Assembly (NCBI GenBank): GCA_030167865.1
Contig: JALAGF010005853.1
Location: forward strand, 1 to 51,112
Source: Craspedostauros australis
Lineage: Eukaryota
Direction: 5' to 3'
DNA: 51,112 nt
The notes under the pieces are model-generated. The model searched no databases, was not told where the DNA came from, and saw nothing but the letters and a program-made list of their open reading frames with translations. Positions 37,617-49,420 of this stretch are shown piece after piece. The translations under genes were made by a program, and so were the position numbers. Within the stretch, counting starts at the first letter, position 1, and each line of letters opens with the position of its first letter.

Positions 37617-38009
37617 CTCCGACCCCGCGAGAGCGTCCCGTTTGCTTCGTCTCGTCGTTCAAGCCCAAGGGAATCGATGATGCACGCGTACGTGTACGGA
37701 TGCTACTGTGAATTGAAAGTGGGAGGATGAATAGATGCACCAGTATCCTCACATGAACTTGCTCAATGGAGACTGATGAGCGAACAGAGACACGATGCCA
37801 GGCAGAGGCGATGGCATGAGAGTTGGTGTGGCGAAGGCGTGTCGGCGCTCCAGCGCTGTTCGTATCCTGCCACACTTGTATAATATAATAGAATAGGTTG
37901 TCGTGTATCGTCTTGTTTGTCTCTGCGTTTTTACAATTGCTGCCATTCCACACATCAACATTGAAGAGAGTACGAGCTGCGGTGCAGACAGGCACCACTC
38001 TTCACCCAC

Positions 38010-38031
38010 GAGAGAGAGAGAGAGAGAGAGA
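38010..38031. repeat. (AG)n microsatellite; similar (CT)n tracts near 30450-30470 and 44022-44036
   Basis: Read directly from the sequence. Confidence 0.85.
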
Positions 38032-38759
38032 GGCAGAGAGGGATGATCACAAGTATCAGGACTTTATAGTCGTGATCTCTCTGGTTGCACCCGACCCTTC
38101 GACAACTGCTTTGTGTTCATCCACGCGGAAATACAGTGACATGGATCAACTGTTCCCTGATTCAACGCGGGCATCACCAAAGCCATCGCCTCAGTTTTTC
38201 ATTTCGATCACAAAATAAGAGTCATTTTAGTCGAGGCTCGAATGTTCGTGATTCAACTGAAAACTCGGGAATGGGTTTTCTTTCCACAACACGGGTTGTG
38301 GTGTCGCGTGTGGTCGCGGAAAATGTCGAAATGACCAAAAGCGAAAACGCCCACGCCGACCACCACAACATTTCGCCCTCGACTCCAACCACGCTGTTGA
38401 TACCACCACAGACTCACAAAGAGAGAGAGAGGAGGCATCACTCTGGAGCACTTGGTCAAGTTATCTCTCATCTCATCCACAATTCAAGAACAACATACTG
38501 GAGAGAGTATCAGGTTGACTACACTTGCAGTGTGAAGCGACGTCGGGTGCATCCACACCAAGGTGATCAGCAGCAACTGCATTCAATAGTGGTAGTCGTA
38601 CTCTCGCGCAGCAAGCACCTTCGAAGCATCCACAGAGAGGCGAAGCTTCATTGCCTTTGCTATTCCATTGCTTTGCCTTGCTTTGTTGGACAGTACCCAT
38701 CGTGCGAACGAACGCCGAGAGCACAGCATAGACCGAAACACAACACAGACATCTGCGAG

Positions 38760-40190
38760 ATGACGACGAACACACCTCCGAGGCCGCCCAGGTCATCAAT
38801 ACCACCATCACCGGCGACAAGCGCATCGTCAACGGGGAATGGCTTTTCAAATGGACATGCACGCACGCCGCCAAGATTATCCTCGTCGCGGTCATCGCCC
38901 TTATCGTCACAGCAGCAGACGCAGAAGCAGGCACAAACGCCAACGCCAAAGCGCAACAACATACAACCCATGTACCTGAACAATGGCGGTGGTGGCCGTC
39001 GCAGCAACAGTCACGACTACTCGCACGATGGCTCGGAAGACGAGTCGGATGACAATCATACGACGTACCATGCCCTTGAACGCTTCTATGATGAGCATTG
39101 CACCTACCTCCCAGCGATGGCCGGGTGGTTCATCTTCAGCGCCATCCTCAGCAGCTACAACAAGTACGTCTTCGGTGAGGACCATATGCACTTCCCGTGC
39201 CCCCTCCTTCTCACGAGCATACACTTCCTCATCCAATGGGTCTTCAGCTGGACGGCATCAGAGATCTTCCCGGAATACCTTGGCACGGATCGGCTTCGCA
39301 ACATGTCGTGGACGGAATGGATGGCCATCTCGCTGCCTTGCGGTTGGGTCACATCGGGAGACATCGGCCTGTCCAACGTCTCCCTCGTCACCATCTCCAT
39401 CACATTCTACACCATGATCAAGGCGTCGACGCCCATCTTCGTTCTCGTATGGGCCTACCTGTTTGGAATCGAAAAGATCACGTGGAGTTTGCTGGGGGTC
39501 ATCCTCGTCATCGCGATCGGAGAATTGCTCACAGTCGCGGGCGAAGTGAAGTTCGATCTCATGGGTTTCCTGCTGTGTCTCACGGCCTCCATGCTCTCCG
39601 GTGCGCGTTGGACCTTGGTCCAGCTCAAGCTCCAGACCATGGAACCGCCGCTCAAGACGACCATCGTCACGATGAGGTTGCTGGCACCCAGCATGTTCCT
39701 CTCCATGATCGCCATCTCCTTGCTCGTCGAGAATCCCATCGCAACACTGCATCAGGACGAAAAGATCCAATCGGAACTGGCCGAGCTCGTCGCCCTCGGC
39801 GTCGTCGGTGGCGTCATCGCCATCTGCATGATCCTGTGCGAATTCTACCTCATCCTCAAGGCGTCCGCCATCATCCTCATGATCGGCGGCGTCATCAAGG
39901 AGATCATCACCATCTTTATCGGAGTCAACTTCTTCCACGATCATCTCAACGCCACGAACCTTCTGGGATGCGGCGTCGTCTTTTCGGGCGTCGTGTTGTA
40001 CAAGATCACGTTTCATTTGCAGAAACAGGAGGAGGCCAAGCTGCGGCGCGATGCAGCCGTGGTCGTGCGCAAGGAGGATATGCATGGATTGCTTGCGCCG
40101 TCATCGTCCATGGAAGAAGGCGAAGAGAATGGCAATGGGCGTCATCGGCCTGATAGTCGTCGCAATCAAACGAGGTCTGTGGATATTTGA
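38760..40190 (+). CDS. TPT/nucleotide-sugar transporter family, SLC35C2-like, 476 aa
   Basis: Motifs WFIFSAILSSYNKYVF, FPCPLLLTSIHFLIQW, DIGLSNVSLVTISITFYTMIKASTPIFVL, SGARWTLVQL and IGGVIKEIITI. About 10 TM. First in-frame ATG is 38760. Confidence 0.9.
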   Translation: MTTNTPPRPPRSSIPPSPATSASSTGNGFSNGHARTPPRLSSSRSSPLSSQQQTQKQAQTPTPKRNNIQPMYLNNGGGGRRSNSHDYSHDGSEDESDDNHTTYHALERFYDEHCTYLPAMAGWFIFSAILSSYNKYVFGEDHMHFPCPLLLTSIHFLIQWVFSWTASEIFPEYLGTDRLRNMSWTEWMAISLPCGWVTSGDIGLSNVSLVTISITFYTMIKASTPIFVLVWAYLFGIEKITWSLLGVILVIAIGELLTVAGEVKFDLMGFLLCLTASMLSGARWTLVQLKLQTMEPPLKTTIVTMRLLAPSMFLSMIAISLLVENPIATLHQDEKIQSELAELVALGVVGGVIAICMILCEFYLILKASAIILMIGGVIKEIITIFIGVNFFHDHLNATNLLGCGVVFSGVVLYKITFHLQKQEEAKLRRDAAVVVRKEDMHGLLAPSSSMEEGEENGNGRHRPDSRRNQTRSVDI

Positions 40191-40518
40191 CCAAGAGTCA
40201 TGAGACCGCGTGGGGGTGTGCATGGTGGTACCATGCAGATTTTAATGACAATAGAGAGAGACGCACAATCAGCTTGGCACGCGACGGATACAGTCATTGA
40301 TTGAGTTGCCAAAGTAGCCTCTTGAGGATTGCCTTGACACTCGACTGTTGGAGATCAGAGCATCAGTGCACGCAGATATAGTCGATCATGCTCAGAATGC
40401 GACAAAAATGCTGACAATGGAATGAATCCCAAGTGCAAATCCTAATATTCCAAAGTAAAGGATGGTAGAATGCTCTGCTCTGTGATTATCATGCCGTTGA
40501 CATGCTGGCAGCATCCTT

Positions 40519-41761
40519 CTACGTGGCTGGCACTGCCGCTGACATGCGCTCGATAATCTTCTCCGCAATATCATTGGGACGCATGGACTGTGTGAAGCAA
40601 TCCGACAGTTCTCCCTCAGCATCATGAAAGTACACCACGATCGAGTGATCGACGAGGTAATCTCCATCCTCCGTCTCTTCCGCCTTGCTGACATAGACAC
40701 GGTACTTCTTGGCCATCTCCTGGACCTGCACTGGCGAGCCTGTCAGGAAGATGTAATCGGGATGAAAGTCCTTGGCGTACTCCCTGAGGGCCGACAAGGA
40801 ATCGCGGGCAGGATCGACGGAGACGAAGAGCGGGACGAGGTTCTGGGCGAGCTTGGGATGGCTCTCCTTGAGCTGATCGATGACGCGCGCCACCTTGAGC
40901 ATTTCGGAGGGGCAGATATCGGGGCATCGTGCAAATCCGAAGTAGAGGAGCAACCACTTGCCTTCGAAGGAGCGGTTCGTCACGAGGTTGCCATCGAGGT
41001 CCACCAACGACCATGGTCCGCCGATCGCTGGCTTTCCGGCTGTCATAAATGCATGGTTGTGGGTGAACGAGTGAGTGAGTTAGTGTGGGAATGGATGGAG
41101 TTGGCAAAGGGAAGACATGATTTGTGAGTTCGGTCAATTCTCGATGTCGTACTTGGTCCAGGAATCACTGAAACAGTACAATACGACACAATCAGGACGG
41201 GCATTGCCTCCTGCTTTCTGATGAGCCTCCACCCCATGCCATGCCATGCCATTGTATTGATATGCTCTCCCCAAACTTGCCTGGACCAAAGCCATCGTCC
41301 TCCGGAAACCAACCCCACGGCGTGAGCTTGAATTTGCGCTTGGCCATGGTGTCGGCATTGGGCGTCCATCCGTCCGACTCACTTGATACGACCCGTCCCA
41401 TGGCAGATTCCAGCCGTCGTTCACGTTCGATGTTGTAGTATCCCACGATGGACGCTGCGGCGATGCCCACCATGAGCAGCGACGGCCACGAGACCGGACC
41501 GCGATCCTTGATGTACGATCCGCCGCGCGCCTTGCCCGTTCCGATGCCGTCCGTTTGGGCTGCCGCGGCACCCGTCAGCTTGATGGGTTGCTTCGGGAAC
41601 ACGCGCGGTGCCGGCGGCAGCTGCCTTCGGCCGGCGGAGACCGTGGATGATGACGAGTAGCTGCTTCTGAGCCATGGAGCAGTCTGCGTGCGGCTGCTCT
41701 GGAGGCTGTGTCGATTCAGCGTACGTCGGGCGATGCCCGTCAGGTTCTGTGATCGTATCAT
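40519..41761 (-). CDS. SCO1: Mitochondrial copper chaperone SCO1/SenC, 2 exons (299 or 333 aa depending on donor)
   Basis: Arg/Ser-rich presequence, RGPVSW followed by a TM, GKPAIGGPWSLVD, YFGFARCPDICPSE (CxxxC), VDPARD and YLVDHS. Exon 2 is 41039-40519. Exon 1 ends at 41383 (GT donor) or 41281 (GC donor). Confidence 0.95.
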
Positions 41762-42587
41762 CTTCCTTTTGTGCGATACTGCGTGAATGTTCGAGTCCAC
41801 AATGATGGGAGAGGATGAATTTCTCAATGTGGCCAAGCAGCTCGTACAGATCACAACCTCTTCTCGTTGTTCGATCTAGTTAGCGCAGCGCATGGAAGAG
41901 TGTGAAAGGGTGTGATGGCTCTGTGATGACTGTGGCGAGCGTGGTGATGTGGATCCTGGCGGTTCGGTTTGCGGCCACAATGAGCCGTCGCCATGGTCGT
42001 GTTGTCTTCCATCGGGTTCCATCATCAAAGTTTTGTCTTTTCGTGTTTGCCAACTCATCGTGATCAATTTCATCGATTTGACCACATCGACTCACAAATC
42101 GAGAATGATGTTGTATTGATCGAACGAGTCGATCGATACAGTCTTTTCCCGCATTTCTCCCAAAAAACGAGCAACCACAGTCACCACCACGATCGCAAGA
42201 ACAACGAACAAGGGGCAAGCGCGGGAGAGAAGACGACCATGACGAAGACCACGCCCGTCATTGTCGTTGCGCCTCCGAGAAGCGTCGTTCCTGTTTCTTC
42301 GCCCGCGAATGCGCTGTCGTTGTCACTCCAATCCAGTCCAATTCAAGAGAAGGAGAGCTGTTGAGAGAACTGGGAGCTGTCGCATTCACAGCCGAAACGC
42401 AGAGAGACACAGAGCCAATTAAAGTGGTCTATTGTACCGTCGCACTGTGGAGCATTGCAGACAGTAGAACAGCATCTCAAACGAGAGAGAGAGAGATAGA
42501 ACGACGGCCACGGAAGCAACCACACAAGCAACCACAACCAGCGAAAGACAACAAAGAGACACCAATAGGCATCAACGGGCAGCAACC

Positions 42588-43334
42588 ATGGGCATCCGAA
42601 AACCACAGGAACTGTCGAAACAGAATGGCCAACCAACACGGCAGCAATCGGAACAGCCGCAGGTCCGACGGATGCCACCCCGGTTGGCGAAGCTCATGCG
42701 CAGCCGCACGTACAGCGGCGGACCTTCGTCCCTGGCACCCATGCTGTCCGCGTCGATGTCTTCCGCGGCGTCATCATCCAGCGTCCCCATCCTCTCCACG
42801 ACCACGATACCGCTGCCGCGCAAACCCAAGATAACACGGTCGACGATGCGAAGGATGCTGCTGCTCATGCTCATCGCGGTCTTTGTGTTGTACGGCATGG
42901 TCACGGGGTTCGTGGCCCTGAGGCAGTCGCAGAAACGAGAGCAGGCGGAGATGTGGAAGAAGCGCCAGCAGAGGCTGCATCTGGAGCCGGCCACCATGAT
43001 ATTGCAGCATCAGACGGATTTGGCGACGCATCTTCGGGATCATATGGAGTTCGGGAGTTATCATGATAGCTCGGCGTCAGTCGAAGTCTCGCATCCTCGA
43101 GAACAACAGCAGCAGCAACAACGACGACGACGACGACGTACGGGAGGCAACCATCCTAGCAATGCCTTGCTGGAGAACAAGCTGGAACACGGACACGTCG
43201 AACGCGTGCGCAAGGTGTCGTCGGCTTCCAAGGATTTGCAAGATGTTGATTTGGAGATGGTGCGAGCCAAGTCCAATCATCAACGGCAGGATTCGCCCAA
43301 GATCATCCATGAAGTCTACAATGATGGCGCGTGA
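42588..43334 (+). CDS. Hypothetical single-pass (type II) membrane protein, 248 aa
   Basis: ATG-TGA ORF with a basic/Ser-rich N-terminus, one clear TM (MLLLMLIAVFVLYGMVTGFVAL) and a polar C-terminus. No family recognised. Confidence 0.65.
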   Translation: MGIRKPQELSKQNGQPTRQQSEQPQVRRMPPRLAKLMRSRTYSGGPSSLAPMLSASMSSAASSSSVPILSTTTIPLPRKPKITRSTMRRMLLLMLIAVFVLYGMVTGFVALRQSQKREQAEMWKKRQQRLHLEPATMILQHQTDLATHLRDHMEFGSYHDSSASVEVSHPREQQQQQQRRRRRRTGGNHPSNALLENKLEHGHVERVRKVSSASKDLQDVDLEMVRAKSNHQRQDSPKIIHEVYNDGA

Positions 43335-44203
43335 GCAAATGGAGCTTTCTGGAGTGGAACAGAACGGAACGGTGTGCAGGCCAAGAGTGATGGATGGAAG
43401 TGCAATCCATCATTTGTTGCCTTTCATCGATTCCAACGACGCTCTCCATCCAAGTAATTGGACGTTGGAATGACGTATACGGGACGTATGGGATGATGGA
43501 CGTCCTCAACGATGCAACAAAAGCTCCACATTACAATGGTACATATGAGGACGCGATCACTGCGAAGGTTGGGTTGCTTCAACTGAGTATGGCATTGTCA
43601 CACACTGTGTGCGACAAGCTGAGAGGCAGGAACGCTTCCGCAGGCATGAATCAAGGCGGACTTCATGCGTCGCCATCAAGATATCCTGGAGATGTCATCA
43701 ACCTGCTTTGCATGGTGCTCCGTACTCTTGTACAATGGACACGAGATACCGTAACACCAATCGATTTCTCACATGGTACCATCCATGATGGACATGCAGA
43801 CGAGCTGCAGTTTCGTGATGAAAACTGATCCGACATCCAGATGTCGTCGTGCAATACGAGGACCGAAGTTGGGCCAAACTGGCCATGGCATGAACATCAG
43901 ATCGATCATTGCAAGCAGCCCACACCATACAGATGCATAACGCTGAGAGCTACAGAGAGAAAGCGAACAAGTAAGGCAACACAGTTTCATGTTTATTACT
44001 TCGTATCTACATTCACTTCTCACTCTCTCTCTCTCTAGTAGGAGCAATAAGACGCGAGTTTGGATACTGGACTTGCTCTTTGCTTTGCTTGCGGCTGCTT
44101 TCACACAGGCCCTATCCATTACGGACGCCGCGCCTTGTCATAACCGTCCATGCTATTGAAGCTTGATACCATGGCATCCAAGCGACACCATTCCTGCAAC
44201 GCG

Positions 44204-45998
44204 CTATCCAAAGAATGACGCGGCCTCATCGGTAGAATTGGGCTTCGAAAAGAATGCAGTCGGGTTGAACATGGATGCGGCAGCCGGCTGTGGTGGCGGT
44301 GCTTGCGGCTGCGCAAAGAAGGAGGCGGGTTGATTGCCAACGGGTGGTGGTGGTGGCGGCGGCGGTGTGGGCTGCGAGATAACGGGCGGTGGCGGTGGTG
44401 CGGGTGATGCAGGTGGTGGCTGGAAGCCCATTTGGAACATTGGCGGGGGCACCGCTGCCGTTGTTGGTGGGCTCGACGATGATGCTGGTAGTGCTGTTGC
44501 TGCTGCTGCTGTAGGCATGAACATGGGCGGAGGTGGCGGCGCGGGTTGGTCAGTGTCGAGTGGAATGTCATACACCAGGGTCTCTGTGTGGTCTTCGGCA
44601 TAATCGGATTGAATACTGGTGGGATCATCATCTTCCGTGTTCTTGAAGAGGTAGGATTGAGATTCATCGGGCACCGTTGTGTGAAGGTCGACTGTTTGCA
44701 TTTCATCTGTATTCTCATCGAATGCGTTGCTGTGTTCCTCCGACGCCTGCTCCTGTATCGGCGGATGCTCTGGGACTGGTGGTGCAACAACTTCATTCTT
44801 CTGCTCTTCAAAGACCTGCTCTGCTGCGTTGGGCGTTGCCTGGACGAATTGTAATGGCGGAGCTTGCGGTGGCGTTGGTGCATGCTTTGGTGGTGGTGCT
44901 TGTGGTGTGGGTGGTGGCGGCGGCGGTTGTGGTTTCGTTGTCATTTCACTGCTCACATTCTGGGAGATGGTTGTTATGACATTGACCGTTGGTGGAGTTT
45001 CCGAAGTGACCGCGTCTGGTTCTTTTGTGGGTGGCGCAAAGCTTGTGTTGACGTTGGCATTTGCATCCTCCATTACTGCGGGACTTGCCTGTGCAGTTGC
45101 TGACGCATCTATGGAAGTGTCTGCGCCCGCGTTGAAGAGGCCATGAGCATCCATAGTGGGTGGTGGTACGTTGGATGTCAATGGAGTACCAGGAGTCGCA
45201 GTACCCATTGCAGGTGTGTCAGCACTGAACATTGGAGTTCCTGGCGCCGCAAAGACACGGGTCGGGGCCGGGGTGATGACGGTACGCGATGCCGCTCCTT
45301 TCATCATCATGGATGGATTGGGCTGCAGGACATCGAGCAAGCGGAGGATCTCGGTGGGTGACTTGCCCTTCAGGCTGGATGCGACCTTCCGGCTTGCCAA
45401 CCCAAGCAAAGGTTCAATCTTCATTTCGTTGGCAACCAGAATCATTTGCAGGAGTCCGTCGCATCCGATTTCATCGACGTTGACGAAGTCATCGTACCAT
45501 GGTAGCTGTTGCGAGTCAGGCATTGGTGTTTGAAGAGTTGATGGAGCAGTGCAAATTAAGTTGGAGAGATGATGAGCATGATGATGAGCAAAGCATGAGG
45601 TGAGTCCTTGTCCAGCATATCCGTTGTCGGAGAGGAGGCATAATGCAGTAGAGTGCCAGAGAATCTCACGAGAGCTTCCGAGAATGAAATGATGAACTCA
45701 CCTGCCGTTCCGGATGAGGATGCGTCAATCGATCCTGACTGTACCGTTCCAGGAACTCGATGACCTTGATGAGGCATGCCGATGATGCGGAAGGGATCTC
45801 CGTGACATCTTCCTCTGGATGCGCTGCCTGCTCCTGCTTGAGCATCTCCGAAGACTCGATGGCATTGAGGCTGATGGAGAAGACATCGCCGTCGTTGCTC
45901 TTCAAGACGATCATGGCTTGGGATGCAGCGATCACGTCCGTGACGTGGAGGGCGGATCCCTCTGATGATGGTGATGCTGATGAGACGGTGGGAAACAT
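44204..45998 (-). CDS. Divergent SKP1-like protein with a long Pro-rich/acidic C-terminal extension, 2 exons, about 532 aa
   Basis: Exons 45998-45702 and 45505-44204 (CAG|GTGAGT ... AACAG|CTA). SKP1 fold: IVLKSNDGDVFSI...SEMLK...CLIKVIEFL...WYDDFVNVD...LQMILVANEMKIEPLLGLASRKVASSLKGKSPTEI. Confidence 0.85.
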
Positions 45999-46524
45999 GA
46001 TGGGATCTTTCTCCTTTCTCTTCTGGTGCTGTCTGTTGTCGTCGTTACTGGCACTCGTAGTCGTACGAGCTGTTGTCCTCGCAGCCCGGATCTCTTCTGT
46101 CTTTTGCGTCACCTCTCACACCACACCTCCCTTGAGACTCCTTCCAATCTCACCTGTCATCGTTGGCAGTCTCGTGTGTTGGGCGGAATCGCGTTTGTTG
46201 GCACGCAAAATCCACGCAGCGTGTTTCTGATCGTGTTCTCAAAAATTGTCATCACATGGTACCTCAAGTACTATTACAATGGTATTTACAATGTGTCCTC
46301 CATCCACGACCAACCATCACACCACCCGAAGAGGCGAAGAGAGGACCGTTGCATTGATCGGTTTCCCACAAGAGAGGAAGCAATACCTCGCGTTCTCCCA
46401 CTCTTGCGCTCATAGAACATAAGTACCTTGATCGTTCAAGTATCAGCCCTTCGACGTTGGATTGCGAATCACCGATTATCCTCAACAGGTGTGCCATACT
46501 CCTGCAACCACCAAAACAGGAAAG

Positions 46525-47750
46525 ATGTCATCCTCAAAAGGACCATCACGCTCGGCTTCGTCACATTCGGCGTTCTCGGCGGTAGATGACCTCGTCTCGA
46601 AGCCCATTGTGGGGTCGGACGGAGCGGCTTCGTAAGTTGGCACTCCAGACTGCTGTTATTGCTGTTGCACGTGAAAGTGGCGAAAGTGGTGGATGGGCGT
46701 ACTCATGGTTGCGGTGTGTGCATTTTTCGTTGGATGGCGTTGCCAACCAAGTGTTGTTGTGCTTGCCAAGTCCAGTTGGCCATGTTCTACTACTCGTAGC
46801 ACCACTCTGCGACCATCCACACATTCACGTCCCTCATTCATCCCAATCAACTTCAACTTCTCCCGCTCCATGGCTGCACTCTGCTACGTCCTCCTCGACG
46901 CCCCCATCTCACTCATTCTCGACCCTGCAGATGGCAGAACTTCCGAAATGACAAGAACTACAAGACGTCGTCGTTGAGCAAGAAGGGACCGGCCGCACCG
47001 CGCGCACCGCTCAAGAAGTCCGATCGGTTGGGCACCGGTTTCTCCAGCTGGAAGGATGAGCAAGCCCACGAGGCCAAGGTGCGTCAACAGTCGGGCCATA
47101 CCTCCTTGCATTCTGGCTACACCAACTTCAAGAAGGACGGTGATGATGAGAGACAAAATGCGGCGCAACGCAAGAAGGCCAAACTCGTCGAAGCTCGTGA
47201 AAGACCGGAGGACAAAGAATATTTCATTGAGGCCTCCACGTTCGAGGGATGGAAGTTTGATTACGTCTTCACGACTCGCAAGAACTGGGGCACAGGCTAC
47301 TTTTGGGATGGCACGGATAGTGTCAAGAAGTTGCACGGCATCGCGTTGCCGCAAGCGCCAAAACAAAGCGCAACTACCACGGACGATGCTATCGCCAGCA
47401 AAAGCGCAGGCAAATCGAAGAAAAAGAAGAAACGCAAACGCGCAGGACCTGTCATTGTGGAGGATCCCAAGAATCCACGCGCCCAGATCGCGGCCGCGTA
47501 CGAACGCAGGAATCAGGCGTTGGGTGGACCACAGCACGATCCCACATTGCCAGCGGGATGGGAGGCTGCCAGCGATCCCACCACACGCAAGACGTATTAC
47601 TACAACCGCGAGACCGGGGAGCGGGCATGGGAAAAGCCAGAAATGGCCGCTCTGCCGGAAGGATGGAGCGAAAGCAAGGATCCGAACACCAACAAGACGT
47701 ACTACTATCATGCAAGCGGCAAGACCAGTTGGGACCGGCCGACCAAATAG
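46525..47750 (+). CDS. Tandem WW-domain protein, 2 exons, 308 aa
   Basis: Exons 46525-46631 and 46931-47750 (TC|GTAAGT ... CTGCAG|A, in frame). WW domains LPAGWEAASDPTTRKTYYYNRETGERAWEKP and LPEGWSESKDPNTNKTYYYHASGKTSWDRP, with an NLS-like KKKKKRKR. Confidence 0.9.
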
Positions 47751-47878
47751 ATGGAGGAGTACGCTTGTGTGAAATCCGCACCCATCGATGTTCACTTTGT
47801 CGGTACACTACTTGCGCGCAGTCTCAATTCTACTCCACCACCATACTCGTATTCGTATGTTTAAGGGTGTACGGTAGC

Positions 47879-49420
47879 TTATGCGTAACGTTTCGGCAGC
47901 ACCGCACTCTTCTCCCGTTGCTTCTTGTGTCTCCAAACGATGGCCACGAAACAACATCCGAGACCCGTGATGATCGTCTGCGACATGCTCACGCGTGCGA
48001 CGAAGTCGCTGCGGCGCAACTCCCGAACATGGAACGGACATGGCGCCTTCGGTTGATCCGTCGTGTTCACTTTCATATGCTGCAGCATGTACCTCGCTTC
48101 CACGAGGGCGGGGAGGCCCTTCACATGGCTGAAATCCTCCCACGTATCCCAGATCGGCAACACGATCGGGTTCGTGTACAAGAACGCATGTCCCAAGGTC
48201 TGGTTGGACAAGATCGGGTGCGTCTCCATCAAACCACGCATCGCCTCCGTATATCCTTCGCTGAAATGCGGCACGCGCGAATCTGCCGGCTTGCATTTCA
48301 ACGCATTGCGCTTCAAGGTGTTGTGATGTACGCTGCGAAAGTACATGCGAATGCTGGGATCGATCTCGTGAATATCATCGGCGATGCTGCCCAATTGCGC
48401 GGCGAATGCGTCAGGAGAATCCAGCCGGTCTTTCATCTGCGACAACGTCCATTGCGCCACGCCAACCACCACGTCGGTGCACGCGTGCTTCGTGATGGTG
48501 TGCGTGTGGGTGCCGTTGTAGTCGGTGGGGTATTTTAGGAGGACGTGCTTGGCGCGGTGCGTGTCTTGCATCGGCGCAAGAATTTCACGAAAGGACCGCA
48601 GCAGCCAACGCGAATGGCTGGCACCCAGAAAGCAGATGGTTCGGCAGACGTCTGCATGGGTTTTCGGATAATCGTATGGGGGCTCGTTCTTGTAGCTGTC
48701 GTAATGCTGCGTAAACCAATTGTGCGAACATGGCTCATCGTCGCACGTCTTTTCAACTTGCATGCGAGTCTGAACTATTGGCGGCGGCGGTGATGAGGGT
48801 TGATGATTCGATGCCCAATATCCAAAGTCATTGTCTTGTCGTTGCTGCTGCTGTGGTAACTGCAAATGAATTGGATATTTGTTTAATGTAATGTCTTTAT
48901 GAGTGCGAGGCAAACAATCCGTCTTGGCGGTTGCATATGATGAATTGCAGGTCAGATGCAAGATCTCCAATGAGTAGTTGCCTGCCACAGGGATCGGGTA
49001 CATCTCAATCTTTGTTGTGGTCGCATCATGGCTTGGCGTCCGTGATGAATTGGAACGTCGTTGCGACGTGGATGACGATGCGGCATTTGGTCGATTGTAC
49101 AAATACTGCAGTTGCCCAACATCGTGTCGGTATTTGATGATGGACGGTGGAAATGGGTCACCGTTGAAATCATAGTGATGCTGCTGTCGGGCCGCCACCA
49201 CCGCGGGCCCCGTGAGACGCACAACGTAGTATGGTCGTGCGCAGGAAGATGACCGAATCGTCAATGTGATTGGTTCGTTGTCGTTCCGAATTAGATCGAT
49301 CTGTATTGACACCGTTTGTTTGGCGTACTTGGCGTTTGGCGAGATGGCAACGCGCATGCGTTTGCGCTTGAGTGCGGTTGCACTCATTTGTGTTGGAGCA
49401 ACTGTTCGTGCGTTGCTCAT
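47879..49420 (-). CDS. SGNH/PC-esterase (NXPE-like) domain protein with a C-terminal TM, 513 aa (5' end uncertain)
   Basis: Beta-rich N-terminal part (YYVVRLTGP...AGNYSLEILHL), CFLGASHSR (GxS block), DVVVGVAQW, MYFRS and WEDFSH (DxxH). Hydrophobic tail IITGLGCCFVAIVW followed by basic residues. Confidence 0.65.
   Translation of the reverse strand: MSNARTVAPTQMSATALKRKRMRVAISPNAKYAKQTVSIQIDLIRNDNEPITLTIRSSSCARPYYVVRLTGPAVVAARQQHHYDFNGDPFPPSIIKYRHDVGQLQYLYNRPNAASSSTSQRRSNSSRTPSHDATTTKIEMYPIPVAGNYSLEILHLTCNSSYATAKTDCLPRTHKDITLNKYPIHLQLPQQQQRQDNDFGYWASNHQPSSPPPPIVQTRMQVEKTCDDEPCSHNWFTQHYDSYKNEPPYDYPKTHADVCRTICFLGASHSRWLLRSFREILAPMQDTHRAKHVLLKYPTDYNGTHTHTITKHACTDVVVGVAQWTLSQMKDRLDSPDAFAAQLGSIADDIHEIDPSIRMYFRSVHHNTLKRNALKCKPADSRVPHFSEGYTEAMRGLMETHPILSNQTLGHAFLYTNPIVLPIWDTWEDFSHVKGLPALVEARYMLQHMKVNTTDQPKAPCPFHVRELRRSDFVARVSMSQTIITGLGCCFVAIVWRHKKQREKSAVLPKRYA

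Noticed and set aside
40519..41761. SCO1 as part of the metal cluster
   Set aside because: It is 25 kb away with eight unrelated genes in between, and is a housekeeping cytochrome oxidase assembly factor.
43394..43828. 144-aa ORF downstream of the single-TM gene
   Set aside because: No motif or codon-bias support; probably 3' UTR or intergenic.
1485..47795. Long antisense or overlapping ORFs (e.g. 1485-2684, 5763-6983, 8763-9836, 20243-21568, 25488-26669, 35745-37052, 39197-40153, 46884-47795)
   Set aside because: These are shadow frames of GC3-rich real genes and carry no recognisable motifs.
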